Assembly (NCBI GenBank): GCA_963590405.1
Contig: CAVAPE010000001.1
Span: 18,399 to 82,398, forward strand
DNA length: 64,000 nucleotides
Direction: 5' to 3'
DNA from: Eubacterium sp. CAG:180
Lineage (GTDB): Bacteria; Bacteroidota; Bacteroidia; Bacteroidales; Muribaculaceae
The number at the start of each line of letters is the position of its first letter. Positions within the stretch are counted from its first letter, which is position 1. Below the pieces are notes generated by a model, which saw only the letters and a program-made list of their open reading frames with translations, did no database searches and had not been told where the DNA came from. The translations under genes and the position numbers were made by a program. Below are positions 43,105-50,673 of the stretch, piece after piece.

Positions 43105-44445
43105 TTATTCCGCTTCTTTGCCTATGAGGGTTGCCGACGAGGCGCTCTCCACGGTGACCATCACGCGGTCGCCGATGTGGTGGTTGCCGCGCGGGAACAC
43201 GATGACCTTATTTTGCTCGTTGCGGCCGAACAACTGTTCGCGGGAGCGTTTCGATGTGCCTTCAACAAGCACTTCGTAGGTCTTGCCGATGTCGTTGCGG
43301 TAACTTACTGCCGACAGTTCGTTTTGCAGGGCAATCATGCGGTTGAGACGGTCGATTTTCACCTCCTCCGGCACGTTGTCGGGGAGGTTTTTGGAGGCGT
43401 ATGTGCCTGGGCGCTCGGAGTATTTAAACATGAACGCGCTGTCGAACACCACTTCGCGCATCAGGCTGAGTGTTTCCTCGAAGTCCTCTTCCGTCTCGTC
43501 GTGGAAGCCTGTAAACATATCGGTCGTTATGCCGCAATCGGGCATGGCCTTGCGGATGGCGGCGATGCGGTCGAGATACCACTCGCGGGTGTATTTGCGG
43601 TTCATTGCCTTCAGCACCTTGTTGCTGCCCGACTGCACTGGCAAGTGGATGTGTTTGCACACGTTGGGCACGGAGGCGATGACCGAGATAATCTCGTCGG
43701 TCATGTCCTTCGGGTGGGAGGTGGTGAAGCGCACGCGCATCTCTGGAGCGGCTTCCGCAACGATGCGCAGAAGGTCGGCAAAGCCCACATGGGTGCCGTC
43801 CTCGCCTATATAGTTGTATGAGTTTACGTTCTGACCCAGAAGTACCACCTCTTTGAAGCCTTTCGCCTGCATGTCGGCGAGTTCGTTGAGGATGCTGCGT
43901 GGCTCACGGCTACGCTCGCGGCCTCGGGTGTAGGGCACGATGCAGTAAGAGCAGAAATTGTTGCATCCGCGCATAATGCTGATGTATCCGCTGATGCGGC
44001 TATGACCAATGCGCTGCGGGATTACGTCGCGGTAGGTCTCCGTCTTCGACAGTTCGATATTGATGGCCTTTTGTCCGAGTTCGGCAGCCGACACAAGGTC
44101 GGGCAGCGACAGGTAGGCATCCGGTCCAGCCACGATGTCAACGCCGTGGTTGGCAATGAGTTCGTCCTTCACGCGCTCCGCCATGCAGCCGAGCACACCG
44201 AGCACCAGTTTCGTCTTGCGTTTGCGGCGGAGAGATGCAAAATACTCCAGACGCGAGAAGATTTTCTGCTCAGCATTGTCGCGGATGGAGCAAGTGTTGA
44301 GAAACACCGCATCGGCATCCTCAAGCACGTCGGTAGGCTCATAGCCAGCGATTTTCATTACTGAGGCAATCACCTCACTGTCTGCCACATTCATCTGGCA
44401 GCCATAAGTCTCTATAAATAATTTCTTTTCTGTTTCTCCGCTCAT
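43105..44445 (-). CDS. miaB: tRNA (N6-isopentenyl adenosine(37)-C2)-methylthiotransferase
   Basis: N-terminal ETYGCQMNVADSE, a radical-SAM CNNFCSYCIVPYTRG motif, and a C-terminal TRAM-like domain. Confidence 0.9.
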   Translation of the reverse strand: MSGETEKKLFIETYGCQMNVADSEVIASVMKIAGYEPTDVLEDADAVFLNTCSIRDNAEQKIFSRLEYFASLRRKRKTKLVLGVLGCMAERVKDELIANHGVDIVAGPDAYLSLPDLVSAAELGQKAINIELSKTETYRDVIPQRIGHSRISGYISIMRGCNNFCSYCIVPYTRGRERSREPRSILNELADMQAKGFKEVVLLGQNVNSYNYIGEDGTHVGFADLLRIVAEAAPEMRVRFTTSHPKDMTDEIISVIASVPNVCKHIHLPVQSGSNKVLKAMNRKYTREWYLDRIAAIRKAMPDCGITTDMFTGFHDETEEDFEETLSLMREVVFDSAFMFKYSERPGTYASKNLPDNVPEEVKIDRLNRMIALQNELSAVSYRNDIGKTYEVLVEGTSKRSREQLFGRNEQNKVIVFPRGNHHIGDRVMVTVESASSATLIGKEAE

Positions 44446-44460
44446 TACTTATGAATTATA

Positions 44461-44547
44461 ATACAAAGGTAATGCAAACCGAATGCAATAGAACTTGTTC
44501 TAATTGCTGAGGTGCAGCTAATTTTATACAAAGGTAATGCAAACCGA
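44461..44547. repeat. duplicated 22-mer carrying a -7-like box (two copies 65 nt apart) upstream of miaB
   Basis: atacaaaggtaatgcaaaccga occurs at 44461-44482 and 44526-44547. Each contains caaaggta, which is TACCTTTG on the miaB strand. Confidence 0.85.
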
Positions 44548-44650
44548 GGGAAAATCATTCAAGCTCGCTTGAAAATGTTTTCCGAGGCCACCATTGCACT
44601 AAGTTTGCAATTCGGCATTAAGATTGCAAATGCGCGTAGCGCATTTTATA

Positions 44651-44775
44651 GGCTGAAAGCCTTACACCACCATAGCCCAGGGCAGCGCCCTGGGTAACAG
44701 ATGATTGTGTGTTTGCGCCCTGAAAGGGCAATACAAAACGGCAGCGTAGGTGATCTCCTGTAGAGGTGCGATTTT
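44651..44775. repeat. GC-hairpin intergenic repeat element (related to 32445..32523)
   Basis: Hairpins ggct-gaa-agcc (44651-61), cccaggg-cagcg-ccctggg (44676-94) and gccct-gaa-agggc (44717-29). The core at 44700-44730 aligns with 32483-32522. The ctcctgtagaggtgc module resembles ccccgtagagggtgc at 32447. Confidence 0.6.
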
Positions 44776-44931
44776 TTCAATCTGCGGAATGAAACATTGA
44801 TTTTTTTTGTGAAAATTTAGCGGAAAATTGTAGGAATTAAAATTTTGTCATATTTTTGGACTATCATACAAACCATTTAATTACTACTTATTTTGCTACG
44901 CAAAGGCAAGATGCTTAAAATTTTGAATCCT

Positions 44932-46488
44932 ATGAAAAAGTGTAGATTCATGCTCGCAGCGGTTGCAACAATGTCATTGATGATGGCATCATGTTCCAAC
45001 GACGATCCGAAACCGGACAATCCTGTTACGCCAACCGACGAAACATTCGAAGCCCTGAAACAGTCTTCAATCAACGAATTTCTCGATTTTGCCAAGGTGC
45101 CTCGTCTGGGTTATCATCTCGAGAAAGCCAAGGCATATCTCAAGTCGTGGGCTGAGAAGCACGGCTATCCTTGTTATACCGACGACTTCGACAACGTTTG
45201 GATTGACGTGCCTGCCAACAACGAGGCTATGGCAAACTATCCGAAAGTGATACTCCAGGGACACACCGACATGATTTGCGCATCGAAGTCGGGCGAGTCC
45301 TACGACTACGAGAACGAGGTGGGCGAACCCTACTACGACGGCGACCTCCTGAAAGGCCGTAAAATCAACCTCGGCTCTGACGACGGCATCGGTGTGGGCA
45401 TTGCCCTTGCCATCGCAAATTCCAACATTGCTCACGGCCCTCTGCGTCTGCTCTTCACTGCCAACGAGGACTACGATATGTCGGGCGCTATCAACCTCGA
45501 CCCGTCGGTGCTCGATGCAAATTATATGATTAATATCGACGAGGAAGAGACTGGAAAGATTTCTGTGGGATGCCTCGGTAGTTATTCCATTGAATTTTCG
45601 AAGGATTACACCCAAGTTGCTCCGTCGTCGGATGCTGTAGTCATTGCGGTTGACGTGGCTGGTCTTCGCGGCGGTCACAGTGGCGTGATGATTGGCGAGC
45701 ACCGTCTTAGCGCAACAACTGTTACGGCGTCAATTATCAACGATGCAGTTATTCCTGCTGGTGGCAATATCCTCGCCATCGATTGCGGTCATGCAGTCAA
45801 TGCCATAGCCATCTATTCGGAAATTCAGTTTGTGGTGCCGTCGAGCAAATCGGCTGAGTGCAAGGATGCTATAAATAAGATTATGGCTTCCTATGTTGCT
45901 GAATATCCCGACGAGACCGAATTCCGCTATGACGTGTTTGAGCGCGCGATTACCAGCGAGGACACATTCTACCCTCAGCAACTCAACTCCGACCTCAAGG
46001 CATTCTTTGAAACGGTGAAACAGGGCGTGATTGAACAGGAAGGCAACCTTCCAACAAAGTCGAACAACATCGGCGTGTTCTTCACCGTCGGCAAGTCACT
46101 GATTATCGACGACATGTTCCGCTCTTACAGTAGCGAATGGGTGGAATCCGAAAAAGATCGTTTGATTGGCGAAGGCGAGAAAATCGGATTTGAATGTTTG
46201 GTTTCAGGATATGTGCCAACGTGGGACACTCCAGGCGTAAGTCCACTGAAGGACATGATGTTCAAATACTATTCAGAAGCCACTCCGGCTGCGTTTACCG
46301 ACAAGGCTAAAGGCGGTTTGGAATGTGCATACTTTGTGCTCAAAAATCCTAATCTCTATGCAGTGTCGGTTGGTCCGCAACTCGACGGTGCACATACAAT
46401 CGACGAGGCAGTGCACGTGAGCACAATCACTCCTCTGCTCAAGGCGATTGTCAACACCTTGCAACACATCAACGAATTGGGAAAATAA
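44932..46488 (+). CDS. pepD: aminoacyl-histidine dipeptidase (PepD, M20 family) with a lipoprotein-type signal peptide
   Basis: Collinear with E. coli PepD: VILQGHTDMI, GSDDGIGVGIALAI, HGPLRLLFTANEDYDMSGA, INIDEEETGKISVGCLG. The N-terminus MKKCRFMLAAVATMSLMMASC looks like a signal peptide plus lipobox. Alternative starts are 44893 (TTG) and 44911 (ATG). Confidence 0.8.
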   Translation: MKKCRFMLAAVATMSLMMASCSNDDPKPDNPVTPTDETFEALKQSSINEFLDFAKVPRLGYHLEKAKAYLKSWAEKHGYPCYTDDFDNVWIDVPANNEAMANYPKVILQGHTDMICASKSGESYDYENEVGEPYYDGDLLKGRKINLGSDDGIGVGIALAIANSNIAHGPLRLLFTANEDYDMSGAINLDPSVLDANYMINIDEEETGKISVGCLGSYSIEFSKDYTQVAPSSDAVVIAVDVAGLRGGHSGVMIGEHRLSATTVTASIINDAVIPAGGNILAIDCGHAVNAIAIYSEIQFVVPSSKSAECKDAINKIMASYVAEYPDETEFRYDVFERAITSEDTFYPQQLNSDLKAFFETVKQGVIEQEGNLPTKSNNIGVFFTVGKSLIIDDMFRSYSSEWVESEKDRLIGEGEKIGFECLVSGYVPTWDTPGVSPLKDMMFKYYSEATPAAFTDKAKGGLECAYFVLKNPNLYAVSVGPQLDGAHTIDEAVHVSTITPLLKAIVNTLQHINELGK

Positions 46489-46511
46489 GTTCTTGAAAAG
46501 GCAAACAACGG

Positions 46512-46547
46512 AAGTGGTGCTGAGAAATCGGCACCACTTTTTATTTT
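46512..46547 (+). terminator. intrinsic terminator after pepD (overlaps the stop of the convergent permease gene)
   Basis: A 9-bp stem aagtggtgc/gcaccactt with a 10-nt loop, followed by tttattttc. Confidence 0.65.
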
Positions 46548-47341
46548 CTGATGCGCTTGATGAGGCGGGCGATGCCGTAGGCGGCAATCAGCGTGAGCAC
46601 CACCGTAGCCGAGGCAGGAATATTGCTGGCGTAGGCTATCATCAGTCCAGCCATAGAGCAAACCACACTGATGGCGGCAGCGAGTAGGGTCATAGGTCGC
46701 AGGCGGTTGGTGAACACCTCCGCCGTCATCTGCGGCATGGCAAATAGCGACATCAGTAGCATTATTCCTATCAGTTTGAGCGTGAGAACTATACATATAG
46801 CCACAAGCACCGTCATCAATCCGTTAATCCACGCCACAGGCATACCGATGGTGCGCGCATAGTCGGAGTCGAAGGCGCAAGCCACGATGGGGCGGTAGAG
46901 CAGCGACGCAATGACGAGCAGCGCCACAAGGAACGCCGCGAAGAGGAGTAGGTCGGAGTGCGTGATAGTCAGGATGTTGCCGAATAGGAACGACTGCAGT
47001 TCCGGCACATATCCCGGAGTGAGAAACACAAACAGGATGCCAAGCGCCATGCCAAGTGCCCAAACCACCGAGATGGCAGAGTCCTCGCGCACCCGTTGGC
47101 GTGTGGATAGCCACTCCACGCCCACCGCCGAGGCAACGGCAAACGCCCCTGCCGTGAGTATCGGGCTCACGCCCAGGAAGTAGCCAAGGCCCAAGCCGCC
47201 GAACGAGGCGTGGGTGACGCCGCCAGCCACAAACATCATGCGGCGCGCCACCACATAGGTGCCCACCAGCGCCGAGGCGATGCTCACGAGCAGCAGCCCT
47301 ACGATGGCGTTCTGGAAAAATGTATATTCAAAAATCTCCAT
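46541..47341 (-). CDS. metal ABC transporter permease (ABC-3/ZnuB-like family)
   Basis: 266 aa with about 8 TM and the ABC-3 pattern (GGVTHASFGGLGLGYF...). No ATPase or binding-protein gene is adjacent. Confidence 0.8.
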   Translation of the reverse strand: MEIFEYTFFQNAIVGLLLVSIASALVGTYVVARRMMFVAGGVTHASFGGLGLGYFLGVSPILTAGAFAVASAVGVEWLSTRQRVREDSAISVVWALGMALGILFVFLTPGYVPELQSFLFGNILTITHSDLLLFAAFLVALLVIASLLYRPIVACAFDSDYARTIGMPVAWINGLMTVLVAICIVLTLKLIGIMLLMSLFAMPQMTAEVFTNRLRPMTLLAAAISVVCSMAGLMIAYASNIPASATVVLTLIAAYGIARLIKRIRK

Positions 47342-47345
47342 AAGT

Positions 47346-47765
47346 CTAATTTTTAGCCCTGCGCTCGCGCTCCTCGCTCACGAGCATCAGCAGTTCGTCC
47401 TTTACGCACGACGGCATCTCAATGCCGCGCAGTTGCAGCGACCGCGCCCAGCCGGCAATGTCGTCGGGTAGCAGGGTGAGGAGTACGTCGCGAAACTCCT
47501 CAATCTGTGCGTCCTCGTAGGCATCGGCAGCGATGCCGCGGTAGCGGTCGAGTTCCTCGTCGTCGTAGTAGATAACCTCCGTCGTCATTGCCGCCAGTGA
47601 GTCCTTCTCGCAGGTGATGTGCATGCCGCAGCACCCCTCCTGAGCGACGGCCTCTTCCTCCTGCGCCGCCGCTTCCGGGTGGCGCTTCTCGTCGATGCGG
47701 TGGAAGATGTAGAGGATAGCGCCGACCCCCACGGTTATAGCCAATATGATAAGTGCCGGTGTCAT
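47346..47765 (-). CDS. membrane-anchored hypothetical protein with a CCGxHxxC motif
   Basis: 139 aa with an N-terminal TM (ALIILAITVGVGAILYIF), an acidic linker, GCCGMHITCEKD and an acidic C-terminal domain. It overlaps the aroA stop by 4 nt and ends 4 nt before the permease gene. Confidence 0.5.
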   Translation of the reverse strand: MTPALIILAITVGVGAILYIFHRIDEKRHPEAAAQEEEAVAQEGCCGMHITCEKDSLAAMTTEVIYYDDEELDRYRGIAADAYEDAQIEEFRDVLLTLLPDDIAGWARSLQLRGIEMPSCVKDELLMLVSEERERRAKN

Positions 47766-49015
47766 TTCGCTTGTTTGAGTTTAAAGCCCACCTGTTCAAG
47801 ATGTTGCCAATAGTCGGGATAGGATTTTGACACCACCCCCGCGTCGAGTATTTCGAGCCCCGGTACAAGTACGGCGGCAGGCGCAAAGGCCATAGCCATG
47901 CGGTGGTCGTCGTAGGTGAGTATCTGCGGATGCTTGGCGGCTTCGATGCGGCTACCGTCCCACTTCAGCGCACTGTCGCCAATCACCTCAATGGCGTAGC
48001 CCAGGGTGGCGAGTTGGGCACGCAGAGCCTCCAATCGGTCGGTCTCCTTGATGCGCAGGGTGGCAAGTCCGTCGATGCGGAACGGTATGCCCATGAGACA
48101 CGCCGTCACCACGATGGTTTGCGCTATGTCCGGCTGGCTCGACAGGTCGAGCGCGAGATTTTCGGTGATGCTATCGGGCGAATGCTTCAACTCCACGCCC
48201 TCGTCGGTGTAGACCGTCTCCACGCCGAAGTTGCGGAAATAGTCTGCAATGCGGCTGTCGCCCTGCAGACTGTTGGCTGTCAACCCTTTAAGGGTAATCT
48301 TCAACTCAGGACAGAGAGCCTTGATTTCGTACCAATAACTTGCTGCCGACCAGTCACTTTCCACCGTCAGCGCATTCGCCTTGTAAGGCTTCGCGGCTAT
48401 CGTGATTTCAGCCTCGCCGACAGTGACCTCAGCGCCGAAATGGCGCATCAACGCAGCCGTCATCTCCACGTAGGGGCGCGATGTAAGTCCGCCCTCAATC
48501 TCAATGGTCAATCCGCTTTTCATCATCGGGGCAACCATCATCATCGCCGACACATATTGCGAACTCACGTTGCCGCGCATCCGCAACGCCGACTGTGCCT
48601 TCAAGTGGCGGCCGTCGATGCCCAGCGGAGGAAAGCCCTCCTCGCTGAGATAGTCAATCTCCGCGCCGCAGTGGCGCAGAGCCTCCACGAGTTCGCCGAT
48701 GGGGCGGCGGCGCATGCGCGGCGAGCCGTCGAGGGTCACTGCGCGCCACGGCTGCATGGCGAAATAGGCTGTGAGAAAGCGCATTGCCGTGCCCGCCGCG
48801 CCGATGTTTACAGTCTGAGCGTGGGGCGATGCAAGGGCTTTGCGCATAGCATCAGTGTCGTCGCAGACGGCAACGTTGTCGATGGTGCATCCTTCTGCCA
48901 ATGCACTGATTATCAGTGCGCGATTGCTGATGCTCTTCGATGCCGGCAGACAGATGGTCTGCGCTTCGCCCGATGCCGTGGGCGCCTTTTCGATGATATA
49001 GTTGAATTTGTCCAT
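47762..49015 (-). CDS. aroA: 3-phosphoshikimate 1-carboxyvinyltransferase
   Basis: LPASKSISNRALI, the GAAGTAMRFL pattern, DHRMAMAFA and 417 aa are EPSP synthase signatures. Confidence 0.95.
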   Translation of the reverse strand: MDKFNYIIEKAPTASGEAQTICLPASKSISNRALIISALAEGCTIDNVAVCDDTDAMRKALASPHAQTVNIGAAGTAMRFLTAYFAMQPWRAVTLDGSPRMRRRPIGELVEALRHCGAEIDYLSEEGFPPLGIDGRHLKAQSALRMRGNVSSQYVSAMMMVAPMMKSGLTIEIEGGLTSRPYVEMTAALMRHFGAEVTVGEAEITIAAKPYKANALTVESDWSAASYWYEIKALCPELKITLKGLTANSLQGDSRIADYFRNFGVETVYTDEGVELKHSPDSITENLALDLSSQPDIAQTIVVTACLMGIPFRIDGLATLRIKETDRLEALRAQLATLGYAIEVIGDSALKWDGSRIEAAKHPQILTYDDHRMAMAFAPAAVLVPGLEILDAGVVSKSYPDYWQHLEQVGFKLKQAK

Positions 49016-49024
49016 TGCTATTCG

Positions 49025-50569
49025 TTATTTGGGTTGCATCGTGATTATAGGCACGAGCATTTCCTCCAGTGATATGCCTCCGTGCTGGAACGTTTCCTTG
49101 TAGTACTGCACGTAGTAGTTGAAATTGTTGGGGTAAGCGAAGAAATCGTGGTTCATCGCGAAGATATACGTCGTGGAGAGGTTTGGCGCAGGCAGTCCGT
49201 AGCGCTCTGGGCGCTTGATTTCGTACACCTGCCGCTCGTTGTAGCCAAGGTTTTTGCCCAACTTGTAGCGCAGATTAGAGTTAGTGGCTTTGTCGCCAAC
49301 CACCTTTATCGGGTTGTCCACGCGGATTGTGCCGTGGTCGGTTGTGAGCACCACGCGCGCGCCGCTCTCGGCGATGCGTTTCAGCAACTCGCTTGCCGAA
49401 GAGTGGCGGAACCACGACTCCGTGAGCGAGCGGTAGGCGGCGTTGTTTGATGCCAGTTCGCGTATCATCTTCGACTCCGTGCGCGCATGCGACAGCATAT
49501 CTATGAAGTTGAACACTATGACGTTGAGGTCGTAGTTACGGAAATTCGAGAAATTCTGCAACAGGCGTTCGCCGTACTGCGTTTCGTAGATTTTGTTGTA
49601 GGAAAATTTGTAGTGCTTGCGGTAGCGGTCCAGTTGCGTCTGTATGAGCGGCGACTCGTTGAGGTTTTTGCCCTCCTCGGAGTCCTCGTCGACCCAAAAT
49701 TGCGGGAACATCTTCTCAATCTGCACTGGCATCAGCCCAGAGAAGATGGCGTTGCGCGCATATTGCGTAGCCGTGGGCAGGATGGTGGTGTAGAGATCCT
49801 CCTCGATGTTGAAATATTCCGAAAGGATAGGTTTGATGATGCGCCATTGGTCAAGGCGGAAGTTGTCGATAAGGATGAAAAACACCTTTTCGCCAGCGTC
49901 GAGCAGCGGAAACACCTTCGTCTTGAAGATTTCGTTGCTCATCAGCGGATGCTCGCCGCCGTTGACCCAACCCTCATAGTTGCGCTTCACAAATTTGGCA
50001 AATTCCGCATTCGCCTCGTTCTTCTGCATGCGCAGCAATTCGTCCATGTTGGTCTCCGTTTGCGACAGTTCCATCTCCCAAAACACCAGTTTGCGGTAGA
50101 GTTCATACCAGTCCTCGATTTTGTCCGAGTCGCTGATTTGCTGCGAGATGCGGCGGAACTCCTGCTGATAGTCGTTGGTGGCTTTTTCCGACACCAGTCG
50201 ACCCGAATGCAGGTTTTTCTTCAGCGACATGAGTATCTGGTTTGGGTTGACCGGCTTGATGAGGTAGTCGGCAATCTTGTTGCCGATGGCCTGGTTCATG
50301 ATGTTTTCCTCCTCGCTTTTGGTAATCATAATTACCGGCACATCGGGCTGTATCTGCTTGATGCGCTGCAGAGTTTCCAGTCCGCTGATGCCCGGCATGT
50401 TCTCGTCGAGGATAATCAGGTCGAAAGGCGTTGCCTCCACTTGGTCGAGGGCGTCGGCGCCGTTGTTGACCGTAGCCACGTCGTAGCCCTTCATCTTCAG
50501 AAACATGATGTGGGGCTTCAGCAAGTCGATTTCGTCGTCTGCCCAAAGTATTTTGCCGTTATTTTCCAT
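49025..50569 (-). CDS. porX: PorX-type response regulator (CheY receiver fused to a PglZ/alkaline-phosphatase-like domain)
   Basis: Receiver ILWADDEIDLL...FDLIILDENMPGISG...VIMITKSEE...IADYLIKP, followed by about 380 aa with a PglZ-type pattern (FNFIDMLSHAR, TTDHGT). Confidence 0.75.
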   Translation of the reverse strand: MENNGKILWADDEIDLLKPHIMFLKMKGYDVATVNNGADALDQVEATPFDLIILDENMPGISGLETLQRIKQIQPDVPVIMITKSEEENIMNQAIGNKIADYLIKPVNPNQILMSLKKNLHSGRLVSEKATNDYQQEFRRISQQISDSDKIEDWYELYRKLVFWEMELSQTETNMDELLRMQKNEANAEFAKFVKRNYEGWVNGGEHPLMSNEIFKTKVFPLLDAGEKVFFILIDNFRLDQWRIIKPILSEYFNIEEDLYTTILPTATQYARNAIFSGLMPVQIEKMFPQFWVDEDSEEGKNLNESPLIQTQLDRYRKHYKFSYNKIYETQYGERLLQNFSNFRNYDLNVIVFNFIDMLSHARTESKMIRELASNNAAYRSLTESWFRHSSASELLKRIAESGARVVLTTDHGTIRVDNPIKVVGDKATNSNLRYKLGKNLGYNERQVYEIKRPERYGLPAPNLSTTYIFAMNHDFFAYPNNFNYYVQYYKETFQHGGISLEEMLVPIITMQPK

Positions 50570-50609
50570 AATCCGTTGTCGCAGTTTCGGCCATTAAGCC
50601 ATTAATATG

Positions 50610-50617
50610 CAAAATTA
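50610..50617 (-). promoter_or_regulatory. candidate -7 box (TAATTTTG on the minus strand) for porX
   Basis: The + strand reads caaaatta, 41 nt upstream of the ATG at 50569. Confidence 0.45.
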
Positions 50618-50673
50618 ATGATTTTTGCGTATGCCTACATTGAATTAATGTTAACGGCTGACATTGGCGGCTA

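Noticed and set aside
44512-44697. 61-aa ORF in the miaB/pepD spacer
   Set aside because: It is composed of repeat and hairpin sequence, including the duplicated 22-mer and the GC-hairpin element. Its ending, ...HHHSPGQRPG, is the translation of a palindrome, so it is most likely spurious.
49025-50569. PglZ domain as a marker of a BREX-like defence system
   Set aside because: The PglZ domain is fused to a CheY receiver, which is the PorX architecture. No BrxC, PglX, BrxL or other BREX genes flank it.
47903-50605. Long + strand ORFs (389 aa at 47903..49072; 372 aa at 49487..50605) opposite aroA and porX
   Set aside because: They lie antisense to genes with unmistakable family motifs. Their arginine/histidine/valine-rich composition is shadow-ORF-like, and no independent signals are present.
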